A program made the position numbers and the translations under genes. A stretch of DNA of 64,000 nt from NCBI GenBank assembly GCA_963729625.1, contig CAVSOU010000011.1:416001-480000 (forward strand), written 5' to 3'. This document shows, in pieces, positions 19,184-28,977 of this stretch (its first letter is position 1; each line of letters starts with the position of its first letter). This stretch comes from an uncultured bacterium (GTDB lineage: Bacteria > Chloroflexota > UBA5177 > JANWHV01). The notes under the pieces are model-generated. The model made no database searches. It had not been told where the DNA came from and saw only the letters and a program-made list of their open reading frames with translations.

Positions 19184-20043
19184 CCCTGCGCGCGACCAGC
19201 CTCACCCAGCTGCGTCATGTAGCGGCGAAGCGCGTCACGCCAGTGCGGCATGGTGACGCCATGGCTCGCGAGATGTCCCAGATCGAGCACTGAGTACAGG
19301 GGCCGTCGTGCGACATCCCCCACGGCCGTTGTCGCTACCGCCTCGACCGGCACTGAGAGCCCGGCCTCCTCGAGGATTGCGCACGCGAGCGCGTGCCAGG
19401 TACACGAACCCTGGTTCGTAATGTGCACGATGCCGGAAGTCCCCTGGTCCACGAGCGCAAGCAGCGCGACTGCCAGATCGACTGCGTAGGTTGGGCTCGC
19501 CGTCTTGTCCGCCACCACGCGAAGCGGCGCGCCGCCCCTGGCCTGCCGCAAAATGGCCCCGACGAAGTTGCTGGAATGCCGTCGCCTCGTAACACCGAAC
19601 AGCCCACTGGTGCGCGCGATCAGCGCGCCCGGAGCATATGCCTGTACAAGGTGCTCCCCGGCCAGCTTGCTGGCGCCATACACGCCCAAAGGCATGGGCA
19701 AGTCGTCTTCGCGGTACGGACGGTTTAGGTCGCCCGAGAACACGTAGTCGGTACTGATGTGGACAAAACGCGCGGCCAGAGCTGTCGCCACGCGGGCAAG
19801 GCGGCCAGGCGCGATGGCGTTGATGGCAAAAGCGACTTCGGGGCTCTTTTCCGAATCGTCGACCCTGTTATACGCAGCGGCATTGATCACCACTGCCGGA
19901 GCAAGCGAGCCCAGCACCGACTCTATCTGCTCCTCTTGCGTTATGTCAAGAACCCTCCGATTGAGAATGACCAGATCGTCTCTATCCGTGCCGGCCAGTG
20001 CAGTGCCAAGCTGGCCCGTCCCAACCACTACTATGCGCTGCAC
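19180..20043 (-). CDS. rfbD: dTDP-4-dehydrorhamnose reductase
   Basis: GTGQLG, INAAAYNRVD, HISTDYVFSG, YGASKLAGE, RPLYSVLD. Confidence 0.93.
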   Translation of the reverse strand: MQRIVVVGTGQLGTALAGTDRDDLVILNRRVLDITQEEQIESVLGSLAPAVVINAAAYNRVDDSEKSPEVAFAINAIAPGRLARVATALAARFVHISTDYVFSGDLNRPYREDDLPMPLGVYGASKLAGEHLVQAYAPGALIARTSGLFGVTRRRHSSNFVGAILRQARGGAPLRVVADKTASPTYAVDLAVALLALVDQGTSGIVHITNQGSCTWHALACAILEEAGLSVPVEAVATTAVGDVARRPLYSVLDLGHLASHGVTMPHWRDALRRYMTQLGEAGRAQG

Positions 20044-20378
20044 GATGCCGCCCCCTGAACACGATAAGCTCGCATACCAGCATAGCGGAGCGATGCACGT
20101 CGCGCGAATGGCATGTTCAGGCGCGGCGTCCGCGGCGCGGCATGTCAACGACGCTGGGATCACGCGCGCCATCGCCGAGTGGTCCGCGTCGGTGCCCGGC
20201 TGATTGCCTGAGATCCTGCGTCGTGCATCGTGCGACCACCCGCGGATTGGGCCGTCGCCGTTCGAAGCCACTCCTGCGCCTCAGCTATACTCAAGAAAGT
20301 GGCTGGACCCAGTCGAGGCGACGCGACAGCCCGGCGTCATGCCTGTGCCACGCACCGTAAGAGCCCTGATGCCTCGGA

Positions 20379-21359
20379 GTGTACTCAATCTTGCGTGACA
20401 TTCAGCTGCTGGCGGACCGCGCGATCGACAACATAGAACAGGTTATCGTTGGGAAGCCTCAGGCCGTCCGTCTCGTGATGGTTGCTCTCCTGTGTAGCGG
20501 ACATGTCCTCATCGAGGACGTGCCAGGAGTAGGGAAGACGGTGCTGGCCAAGTCGTTTGCGCGTTCAGTCGGCGCAACCTTCAAGCGGATACAGTTTACG
20601 CCAGACTTGCTGCCGAGCGATATCACGGGCGTGGAAATCTATAATCAGCAGAGCCGCGCGTTCGAGTTCCGGCCCGGGCCGCTAATGGCGCAGTTCGTCC
20701 TCGCCGATGAGATAAATCGTGCCACTCCCAAGACCCAATCCGCACTGCTTGAAAGCATGGACGAGGGACAGATCACGGTCGACGGCCAGACACACGTTCT
20801 GCCCCGGCCGTTCATCGTTCTAGCCACGGAGAACCCTGTAGATTTCGAGGGCACGTTCCCGCTGCCCGAAGCGCAGCTCGACCGTTTCTTGCTGACGATA
20901 AACCTCGGCTACCCGCAACTGGAGGACGAGGTCGCGATTCTTAGCGGCCATCAGCGCGCGCACCCTTTGGATGCATTGCGGCCCGTCGTCACCATCGACG
21001 ATCTTCGTGAAGCGCAGCTGCGCGTGCGGGAAGTGTACGTCGACGACGTGATCAAGCGCTACATCGTCGGCATCGTTCAGCAAACTCGCCGGCAACCCGA
21101 ACTGCGTCTTGGCGCTAGCCCGCGAGGGTCCCTTGCCGTGTTCCATTGCGCTCAGGCATGGGCTGCCATACACGGCCGCGACTTTGCCACGCCCGACGAT
21201 GTGAAGGCCGTAGCCGTATCTGCATTGAGTCACCGTTTGATCGGTCGCGCGTGGACTGAGTCTGCATCAACGTCGATGCGAGCACTCGTGAGCACCATCC
21301 TCGCGGCAACACCGGTACCGGGCAACTTCGCGGACCGCTCGGCCATGGCCCGGCGTTGA
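20379..21359 (+). CDS. MoxR family AAA+ ATPase
   Basis: HVLIEDVPGVGKT, RIQFTPDLLPSDITG, LADEINRATPKTQSALLE, PLPEAQLDRF, GASPRG. Confidence 0.95.
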   Translation: MYSILRDIQLLADRAIDNIEQVIVGKPQAVRLVMVALLCSGHVLIEDVPGVGKTVLAKSFARSVGATFKRIQFTPDLLPSDITGVEIYNQQSRAFEFRPGPLMAQFVLADEINRATPKTQSALLESMDEGQITVDGQTHVLPRPFIVLATENPVDFEGTFPLPEAQLDRFLLTINLGYPQLEDEVAILSGHQRAHPLDALRPVVTIDDLREAQLRVREVYVDDVIKRYIVGIVQQTRRQPELRLGASPRGSLAVFHCAQAWAAIHGRDFATPDDVKAVAVSALSHRLIGRAWTESASTSMRALVSTILAATPVPGNFADRSAMARR

Positions 21360-21398
21360 CGTGCTCCATCGGCGCGTCTGGCCTGCTATAGTATCTGG

Positions 21399-22883
21399 GT
21401 GAAAGTCTTCCGAACTGTGACCCCAGACACGAGCCTCGCGGTTCCCGAGGACGTCTTCCGTTTACCGCCGTTGCACGTCGCCCGACGCATTTCGAGCGCT
21501 GCCGCATCACGGCGCGTGGTATATGGCTTGGTGCTCGTCGGCGGCATCATCGTTACTGTTGCGCCGCCCGCGCTGAGCGCGGTAGCGATCGTTGGCATCG
21601 CGGGTCTGCTACTGTTGCTCTCACAACCATTTGGCGCATTGTGCACACTGGCGTTCTCTGTCCCGTTTGAGTCGGTCCGCAACCTGCAGGTAGGCGGGCT
21701 CAATGTAACCACGACCAACCTCATCGTGTTCACGATTGTCATGGCGCTTGCAACTCGGAGCACTGTATCCGGAAGGATAAACCTTGGCCCCGCACCGTGG
21801 CGCACGGCTCTCTTGCTGTACGGCGTGGTATTGCTCGCGTCCGTGAGCCAGTCGACGGACTATGTGGGAAGCGTCAAAGAACTGCTCAAGTGGGGCCAGT
21901 TGACGCTCGTCTATCTTGCAGGCGTGACGCTCGTGCAGTCGCGCCGCCAGGCGCGCGTGCTCCTGACCGTGCTGTTCTTGGCGGTCCTATCCGAAGCCGC
22001 GGTCGGAGTGGCACAAACCCTGTTGGGCAGCGGCCCCAGCAGCTTTGGCCGGGGCGCTATTCTTCGCAGCTCAGGCACGTTCAGTCAACCCAACCCGTTT
22101 GCCGGCTACCTCAACATGACCTTTCCGCTCGCAGTGGGCTGTCTGATGTTCCGCGTGTTTCCGCGAAAGTACATGTGGCTGGTCACGCTGGTGACCGGCG
22201 CCGGTGTCCTCTCATCGCTTTCCCGTGGAGCGGAGCTCGGATCGATTATTGCGCTGGCGGTCATGTTCGCCGTGACGTCACCGCGCGTGCGGTCGTTGTT
22301 GCCGCTAGCGGCGGTGGTGATCGTGGCGCTTGGCACCCTGGGGTTCATCGGAATCATTCCGGGCGCGGTAACGGATCCTATCGCGAATGGTCTTGGTGTG
22401 TCGAACGTCGACGTCCAGAATCCTACTCCAGTTACCTGGAGCTCCGCCGAGCGCCTTGCACACATGGAGGCTGGCTTGCGCATGTTCGCGGCCAATCCAG
22501 CCCTTGGCGTTGGCATCGGCAACTATCCGGCCGCCTATTGGCACTATCGCGTGGAGGGTCCCTGGGACAACCCGCTTGGTCACGCGCACAACTACTACAT
22601 TAATATCGCGGCAGAGGCAGGCGTTCCCGGCTTCATCGCCTGGATAATCCTCTTGACCAGCGGCATGGCGATCTGCGTGAAGGCCTATCGACGAGCTCCG
22701 GACGATTTTGGTCGTGCAGTCGCGTTGGGCGGGTTGGGCGTGATAACGGCGTTCTCGACACACATGTTCTTCGACGATCTGCTCGTGCATGGTATTGAGG
22801 CGCAGCTTGGGTTGGTCATGGTCCTGGTGACCGTCGCGGGTTACCGCACGGACGGCGATGCCACGGCCGATCGCTCAAACTGA
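21399..22883 (+). CDS. O-antigen ligase/Wzy-C family membrane protein
   Basis: Multiple TM helices; RSSGTFSQPNPFAGYL, SLSRGA, GVGIGNY, HAHNYYINIAAEAGVPG. Confidence 0.88.
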   Translation: MKVFRTVTPDTSLAVPEDVFRLPPLHVARRISSAAASRRVVYGLVLVGGIIVTVAPPALSAVAIVGIAGLLLLLSQPFGALCTLAFSVPFESVRNLQVGGLNVTTTNLIVFTIVMALATRSTVSGRINLGPAPWRTALLLYGVVLLASVSQSTDYVGSVKELLKWGQLTLVYLAGVTLVQSRRQARVLLTVLFLAVLSEAAVGVAQTLLGSGPSSFGRGAILRSSGTFSQPNPFAGYLNMTFPLAVGCLMFRVFPRKYMWLVTLVTGAGVLSSLSRGAELGSIIALAVMFAVTSPRVRSLLPLAAVVIVALGTLGFIGIIPGAVTDPIANGLGVSNVDVQNPTPVTWSSAERLAHMEAGLRMFAANPALGVGIGNYPAAYWHYRVEGPWDNPLGHAHNYYINIAAEAGVPGFIAWIILLTSGMAICVKAYRRAPDDFGRAVALGGLGVITAFSTHMFFDDLLVHGIEAQLGLVMVLVTVAGYRTDGDATADRSN

Positions 22884-22946
22884 GTATGCTTAAGGCGCCG
22901 GGACCAACATCCACACCGGGCGGGGCAATCGAAGGATCATAGAGAA

Positions 22947-24299
22947 ATGAACAGCGTGCGTACGGATATTGCGCGCCAGGTTCGCGAGCTCGACATCCGC
23001 TTGGTGCGGTTTCTGTTCTGCGACCTCAGTTCGGTGATCCGCGCAAAAGCCGTCCACGTGCGCGGGCTCGAGGAGCGCCGGCAAAGCGGTGTTGCCATCG
23101 GCAAGGCGGCGTTAGCACGCACGGTGCTGGACACTATCGTGCCCATCCGCGGCCTCGGTCAGGTCGGCGAGGTGCGACTGGTACCTGACCAGGACACGTT
23201 TGTGGACCTGCCATACGTTGCGCGCGCCGGATCGATGTGCGCCGATATCGTCACGCCCGATTTTGAACCATGGATGTTCTGCCCTCGATCCTTTCTCAAG
23301 CGAATGCTCGCCCGCTTGAACGCGCGCGGCCTGCGGATTCAGGCAGCTTTCGAAAGCACGTTCACCCTGTTGCAGCACGACGGCGACGCGTTCGCTCCCA
23401 TGGACCGTGCGGGGTGCTTTACTACGGCGGCGATGAATACCGCGGCGCCCATCATCAACAGCCTCATCGACGCGCTGGAGACACAGCGCGTGACGGTCGA
23501 GCAATACAGCGCGGAGGCGGGCCACGGGCAACACCAGCTCGCGATCCGGCACGGCGAAGGTGTTGCAGCCGCCGACAACCTGGTGCTACTTCGAGAGACT
23601 GTGCGGGGCGTCGCCGCAGCACATGGCGTCGTGGCCTCATTCGCGCCGAAACCGGTCATCGACCAGCCAGGGAACGCCTGTCACCTGCACTTCAGCCTGA
23701 CAGGAAATGACGGCCGCGCCTCCCGCTTCTACGAATCCGATGCACCCTACCAGCTAACTGATACGGCGCGCACCTTCCTTGCGGGAGTGGTAGAGCACCT
23801 GCCTGCCCTCACGGTCTTGGCTTGCCCCAGCGTGAACTCGTACCGCCGCCTGCAGACGGACCTGGCGGGAACGCTGGTACCGTCGTGGGGACCCGACAGC
23901 AGACAGGCGGCGGTCCGCGTCGTCTCACCGTACTCGGGCGAGGAGCCAATCACGATCCACGCGGAGCTACGCATCTCCGACCATGCCGCCAACCCCTACC
24001 TGTTGCTCGGCAGCCTGATCGCTGCCGGGCTTGACGGCTTGGCGCGAGAACGCACGCTTCCGCCGCCGCTGCTCGAGGATCCGATTTCGGTTGAGTCTCT
24101 GAGCAGCCCGGGCGAGCCGGGGCCGCTGCCCAGGAATCTTACCGATGCGCTGGCCGCGCTCAAGACGGATACGATATTGGAGGAAGCACTGGGACCAGAA
24201 CTGCTGGCTGCATTCCTGGGTATCAAGACACTCGAATGTCGCCAGTTCGCGGACCATGATGCAGCATTTGAACTGAGTGCATATACTGCCTGCCTGTAG
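22947..24299 (+). CDS. Glutamine synthetase family protein with degenerate active site
   Basis: VRFLFCDL, CPRSFLKR, ASFAPKP, HLHFSL, NSYRRL, ELRISD..ANPYL. Confidence 0.85.
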   Translation: MNSVRTDIARQVRELDIRLVRFLFCDLSSVIRAKAVHVRGLEERRQSGVAIGKAALARTVLDTIVPIRGLGQVGEVRLVPDQDTFVDLPYVARAGSMCADIVTPDFEPWMFCPRSFLKRMLARLNARGLRIQAAFESTFTLLQHDGDAFAPMDRAGCFTTAAMNTAAPIINSLIDALETQRVTVEQYSAEAGHGQHQLAIRHGEGVAAADNLVLLRETVRGVAAAHGVVASFAPKPVIDQPGNACHLHFSLTGNDGRASRFYESDAPYQLTDTARTFLAGVVEHLPALTVLACPSVNSYRRLQTDLAGTLVPSWGPDSRQAAVRVVSPYSGEEPITIHAELRISDHAANPYLLLGSLIAAGLDGLARERTLPPPLLEDPISVESLSSPGEPGPLPRNLTDALAALKTDTILEEALGPELLAAFLGIKTLECRQFADHDAAFELSAYTACL

Positions 24300-24436
24300 G
24301 CAAGGACGTCTCTGCCGCGTTGCCGGCGAGGGCCAGGTACAGCTCGCCCGGCGTGGTCGGGGCGCCGGTGCCGGGCCGGTTCGGTGAGTGAGCGCGGGCT
24401 CGCGCCTCCTTATGCTGTCGCGCTGTCACTGCAAAC

Positions 24437-24665
24437 GATATAGCCGGGCAGCCGGTCACCGAGGATCGTTTGACACGCGGTATCAAGGAGATACCATATA
24501 GCTTGATCGAAGCCACGGAGGCGCTCGCGGCGGACCCGGTGCGGCCGAGAGGCTTGAGACCGGGCTGCAGTCCGATATACATGGAGTCTGGCGCTCGGCG
24601 GCATGCATCTTCCCTGGCCAGGACGGTACCTTTGAGTTGAACGCTTGCAATACCCGGTTGATAGA
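24437..24665 (+). pseudogene. Frameshifted remnant of a glutamine synthetase-family C-terminus
   Basis: EDRLTRGIKEIPYSLIEATEALAADPV (frame of 24461), then GVWRSAACIFPGQDGTFELNACNTRL (frame of 24571), collinear with the end of the upstream GS-like gene. Confidence 0.6.
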
Positions 24666-24679
24666 GACGGAGGACGGCA

Positions 24680-25003
24680 GTGATCATCACAACCACCGAG
24701 AACGTACGCGGGTACAAAGTTCGTGAGGTCAAGGGCCAGGTTTTTGGCGTCGTCGTGCGGAGCAGGGGGATCGGCGGCAACATCATGGCCTCGCTGCGCA
24801 CCATCAAGGGCGGCGAGATCAAGGAGTACACGCAACTGCTCGAAACGACGCGCAATGACGCCATAGATCGCATGGTGCAGAATGCGCAGGCAATGGGTGC
24901 CAACGGCGTGGTGATGATGCGGTTTGATTCTTCTGAGATAGGCACCAGCATGAGCGAAATCGTAGCGTATGGAACGGCTGTCGTGCTCGATCCTGAGGCG
25001 TAG
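24680..25003 (+). CDS. YbjQ/UPF0145 family protein
   Basis: MIITTTENV.G...G.V.G...IKGGEIKEYT...GANGVVMMRFD...YGTAVV; GGAGG SD. Confidence 0.93.
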   Translation: MIITTTENVRGYKVREVKGQVFGVVVRSRGIGGNIMASLRTIKGGEIKEYTQLLETTRNDAIDRMVQNAQAMGANGVVMMRFDSSEIGTSMSEIVAYGTAVVLDPEA

Positions 25004-25254
25004 CCCCACGATTTGACAACCACATTCTTCAATGCGCGCCAATCCATCCGCGCCAGTTGCGCCGCCGTATCAACTGCCTGGTACCCCAAGCTCGCCGCGG
25101 GCTGCGAATGCCCACCTGCGGTAACTGGCAGCGCGCATGATCCGGGACGATGAGATGCGCGTTACTTTTGCCGGCGACGGCAGCGTTTTCTTTATGAGTG
25201 GGTCGGTGGGCGGTGCGCAACTCGCCAGTCGGCGCCTCTGCATAAGGATGTGGT

Positions 25255-26085
25255 GTGCGCATAACCATGCAAGAATCCGGGGCGGCCCTGTCTCAAGAAT
25301 CTGCGTGCGGCGCGGAGTTAGTGCGGCCGTGGTCGCTGCCCCGGGTCGCTCCAGCGGTTGGAGGGAGGATTTCCGCGGGGCGGGTTGTGGTTCCGATACG
25401 TGGACGTGCTGTGCCACGAAGTAGTGACGATGGCTTGACGGATATAGCCGCGCTACAGGACGCGCGCGACGGTGGTTCAGCCTCCACGCGGAGCACTGGC
25501 GAGCCGCGTTCATCTCTGCTCGTGCTGAGCGAAGCCGAGCTGGTTGAGAGCGCCAAGACCAATCCAGAAGCTTTCGCCTTGCTGTACGAGCGACACGTGC
25601 GGTCTGTCTACGCGTTCGCCCTCAGCAAGGTGCGGGACGTCAGCAACGCCGAGGACGTCACGTCGCAGACATTCCTCAAAGCGCTTCGCGGTTTGCCTCG
25701 ATACGAGCAGCGCGGAGTTCCGTTTCGCAGTTGGTTGCTGCGTATAACAGCAAACGCGATAGTCGACCAAAGCCGCTCGCCGCACGTTGAGGTGCCCCTG
25801 CACCGCCAACCGGACGGCGCGGAGCCGGATGAGGAAATCCAGGTGGTTGACGCACATGCGGAACAGGAGATCGTCGCTTGGGAGCAGGCCGAGGCATTCG
25901 GCAGGCTCATCGCGGACCTCTCGACGGAGCAGCGGACGGTGGTGCAGCTCCGCTTCGTCGATGGATTGCCTATTGCAGGTATTGCCACCAAGATGTCCCG
26001 ATCGGAAGGCTCGGTGAAGATGCTGCTGATGCGCGCGTTGCAGAACCTGCGCCGGACTCTGGCCATGGAGGCGTGCGATGCTTGA
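25255..26085 (+). CDS. ECF RNA polymerase sigma factor (true start probably downstream)
   Basis: AFALLYERH, AEDVTSQTFLKA, FRSWLLRITAN, LSTEQRTVVQLRFVDGL...IA..M.RSEGSVK. Confidence 0.9.
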   Translation: MRITMQESGAALSQESACGAELVRPWSLPRVAPAVGGRISAGRVVVPIRGRAVPRSSDDGLTDIAALQDARDGGSASTRSTGEPRSSLLVLSEAELVESAKTNPEAFALLYERHVRSVYAFALSKVRDVSNAEDVTSQTFLKALRGLPRYEQRGVPFRSWLLRITANAIVDQSRSPHVEVPLHRQPDGAEPDEEIQVVDAHAEQEIVAWEQAEAFGRLIADLSTEQRTVVQLRFVDGLPIAGIATKMSRSEGSVKMLLMRALQNLRRTLAMEACDA

Positions 26086-27628
26086 TGATCGGCGCGCCGA
26101 CCTCCTTTCGCGCCTGTTGGATGAACGCGACAGGATTCCCGACGACCTGTACGATCGGGAGCTGGCCTCGCTCGCCGAGCTTGGCGCCGAACTCGAGCAG
26201 CATCGCGATCGCGTCGCATTCATGATGCGCACCGACGCAGAATTCGATCCCGCGTTCGCCCGAAAGCTGCGCGAAGCGCTTCTGGCGGAGCACCCCGGAA
26301 CGGGCCGCGCGCCGCAGCCGGCGCCGACGCCCGAGCCGTCCAGCGAAGGAGCGCGGGCGTCGCGACATTGGGTTTTCGCATCCCGCTCTCGCGCCTATCG
26401 CGCATTGCTGCTGCCGTTCATTGCCGCTGCCCTGGTCATTACAACCGTGAATGCACTCATGCATCCGTCCTCATCTCCGAAGGTGGCGACAGGCGTGGCC
26501 GCGACGAGCACGCACACGAATGTTTTGTCCGCGCGGATGCCTGGCGCTCAGCCGGCATCCACGGCACCAACGGCCTTTAAGAACCCCGTGCCGGCCGTAC
26601 GTGTATTCGCGGCAAAACAGAGCACGCCCTCGTCCAAGACCGGCGACAGGGTGCCCTTGGACGGGCAAGGGTTCACACCTGCCTCCACCGCAATGGCGCA
26701 CGCCTCTGCCGACGGCCACGCGACTGGCGCGGGTTCGAGCGCAGCTAGACCGCTGCCGACCACGGCTGCCGCGACACCAACCCTTTCAACAAGCGTGGGG
26801 CCGCCTGGCGGAACGGCCGTGGCTCGGCCGTTCCCGACAGTTGCCCAGTCCGGATCTGCTCTTACCGCTCCCCTCGCGGCAGTGAGATTGCCTCCCATAC
26901 TGCCACGGCTTCCTTCAAGTGCCGATGTCTACGCGTTGCACTATGCGCGCGTCGCTCACGACGACGTTTCCCGTATCGCCAAATCATTCCCACGACTCAG
27001 GAAAGTGGGCGCAGGTGTCTATCAATCACCGGGCGGCCAGGAGGATCTCACCTTCGATGGCGACGTTCCCAGCCATGTCAGCTACAAGAATTCGGGCAAT
27101 GCGGCGGCATTAGGCGCCGTGGAGACGGCTCGCGATGCCTCCGAGATAGCGCGAGGCTGGCTGACATTGCATCACATGGCTCCACTGGGAGTTGACCTGG
27201 TGCGCGCTCACACTGTCTATTCCCCTGCCACGCGTACTGTTGTGTTCGGCCCACCGCCAGCTCATGGTTTGTCGGGCAGCACCGCGCCCAGCGGCATCTC
27301 CGTCGTTCTTGGCGCCAGGCGTACCGTGATTGCGGCTGATATCCTCTGGCCCGTACTGAGCCCGGGAAAGCCCCAACCGCTGATTTCCCTGCGCCAGGCT
27401 CTTGCAGCCAACGGCGAGACAGACCAGGTGCCCACAGCCACACAGCCCGCCACAACGCTTGGAGCGATACTGCAAGTAGACGCCATTGACCTGGTCTACG
27501 ACAAGGTAGGCGCGGGTGACGCGCTCACCTGGCAGCCGTTCTATCGGCTGGTCGGCCATGTCGAAACCCCCGAAGGCGGTCGTACGCACGTTGTACGCGA
27601 GATCCCGGCAACGGCGATCGACAAGTAA
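26078..27628 (+). CDS. Putative single-pass membrane anti-sigma factor
   Basis: Overlaps the sigma stop codon; N-terminal DPAFARKLREALL; one TM helix (ALLLPFIAAALVITTV); P/T/A-rich linker and extracellular domain. Confidence 0.6.
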   Translation: MLDDRRADLLSRLLDERDRIPDDLYDRELASLAELGAELEQHRDRVAFMMRTDAEFDPAFARKLREALLAEHPGTGRAPQPAPTPEPSSEGARASRHWVFASRSRAYRALLLPFIAAALVITTVNALMHPSSSPKVATGVAATSTHTNVLSARMPGAQPASTAPTAFKNPVPAVRVFAAKQSTPSSKTGDRVPLDGQGFTPASTAMAHASADGHATGAGSSAARPLPTTAAATPTLSTSVGPPGGTAVARPFPTVAQSGSALTAPLAAVRLPPILPRLPSSADVYALHYARVAHDDVSRIAKSFPRLRKVGAGVYQSPGGQEDLTFDGDVPSHVSYKNSGNAAALGAVETARDASEIARGWLTLHHMAPLGVDLVRAHTVYSPATRTVVFGPPPAHGLSGSTAPSGISVVLGARRTVIAADILWPVLSPGKPQPLISLRQALAANGETDQVPTATQPATTLGAILQVDAIDLVYDKVGAGDALTWQPFYRLVGHVETPEGGRTHVVREIPATAIDK

Positions 27629-27893
27629 ACGCGACCTGGTCCACAACATTGCCGGATTCCGGCCGCGGCCACCCAGAAGGCCTGCAGCTGCCGCTCTGGT
27701 AGCCTGCTCTGGCGGCGAACCCCACAGCCGGCCGCGGTCGAATCATGACGGCCATCCACGGACTCCGGGTCACCGGCTTGCAAGGTGGGTCGTGCTGCGC
27801 AGGCCAGGCCGCGGGTCAACTACGCGTACCGATTGGCCGGAGTCTCCCCGTCGCCGGTTACTATCAATGGAGAGCAGCTGAAAGGCATGAAGT

Positions 27894-28940
27894 GTGAGTG
27901 AGACGATCGACCTTCGAAGCGATACCGTGACTATGCCCCCGCCCGAGATGCGTCGCGCAATGTATGAGGCCGAGCTGGGCGACGATGTCTATGGTGAAGA
28001 CCCTACGGTCAATGCACTGCAAGCGCGAGCCGCCGAGCTTCTGGGCAAGGAGGCGGCCCTCTTCGTAACGAGCGGTACGCAGGGGAACATCGTCGCGATA
28101 TTGACTCACTGCACGCGCGGTGACGAAATCGTCGTCGGAGACAAGGCGCACATCCTGCACTACGAGGTTGGTGGGGCGTCTGCGTTGGCCGGTGTGCAGG
28201 TTCGCACAATTCCTAACCGCGCCAATGGCACACTGGCTCCCGAGGCAGTCCACGCGGTGATGCGCGATCGCAGCGACGTTCACAACCCATATACACGCCT
28301 TATCTGTCTCGAGAACACGCAGAACCTTTGCGGAGGCGTCATCTTATCACCGGAGTACATTCAGCGGATCGGTGCTCTGGCTCACGCCAATGATGCCTCG
28401 CTCCACGTTGACGGAGCTCGTCTCTTCAACGCGGCTGTTGCGCTCGGCATATCGGCGGCGGATGTGGTTGCCGGCGCGGACTCGGTCATGGTTTGCGCCT
28501 CGAAGGGTCTGGCAGCGCCGGTGGGGTCGGTGCTGTGCGGCAGCCACGAGTTCATCGAGCGAGCCCAACGCTGGCGCAAGATGCTGGGAGGCGGAATGCG
28601 CCAGGCGGGTGTCATCGCGGCAGGCGCGCTGTATGCGCTGAACAATATGGTCGATCGACTGGACGACGACCACCGTCTGGCAAGAGCCCTGGCAGAGGGT
28701 TTGGCCGAGATACCAGGAATCTCGGTGAGCCTGGAGGCCGTACAGACCAACATCGTGATCTTCGACGTAACCGCGTCAGACCATAGCGCGCAAGACGTTG
28801 TCGACCGGCTCAGTCGCGCCGGGGTGCTCAGCGGTGCTTTGAACGGATCTACCATCCGCCTGGTCACGCACTTCGGCATTGAACAGCGCCACGTGGAGCA
28901 GGCGCTTACCTGCACCGCAGCGGTCATGCGAGAACTGTAG
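27894..28940 (+). CDS. ltaE: Low-specificity L-threonine aldolase
   Basis: IDLRSDTVT, GDDVYGEDPTV, HVDGARLFNA, SKGLAAPVGS, GGGMRQAG. Confidence 0.95.
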   Translation: MSETIDLRSDTVTMPPPEMRRAMYEAELGDDVYGEDPTVNALQARAAELLGKEAALFVTSGTQGNIVAILTHCTRGDEIVVGDKAHILHYEVGGASALAGVQVRTIPNRANGTLAPEAVHAVMRDRSDVHNPYTRLICLENTQNLCGGVILSPEYIQRIGALAHANDASLHVDGARLFNAAVALGISAADVVAGADSVMVCASKGLAAPVGSVLCGSHEFIERAQRWRKMLGGGMRQAGVIAAGALYALNNMVDRLDDDHRLARALAEGLAEIPGISVSLEAVQTNIVIFDVTASDHSAQDVVDRLSRAGVLSGALNGSTIRLVTHFGIEQRHVEQALTCTAAVMREL

Positions 28941-28977
28941 CATCGGGCTCGCGGCTCACGCCGCAACCGACATGACA

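Noticed and set aside
24223-25089. 288-aa and 210-aa minus-strand ORFs
   Set aside because: Antisense to ybjQ and the GS remnant, with no recognisable features.
25160-25195. Autoregulatory ECF promoter (GTTACTTTT...CGTTTT)
   Set aside because: Weak match with no second confirming copy, and the gene start is uncertain.
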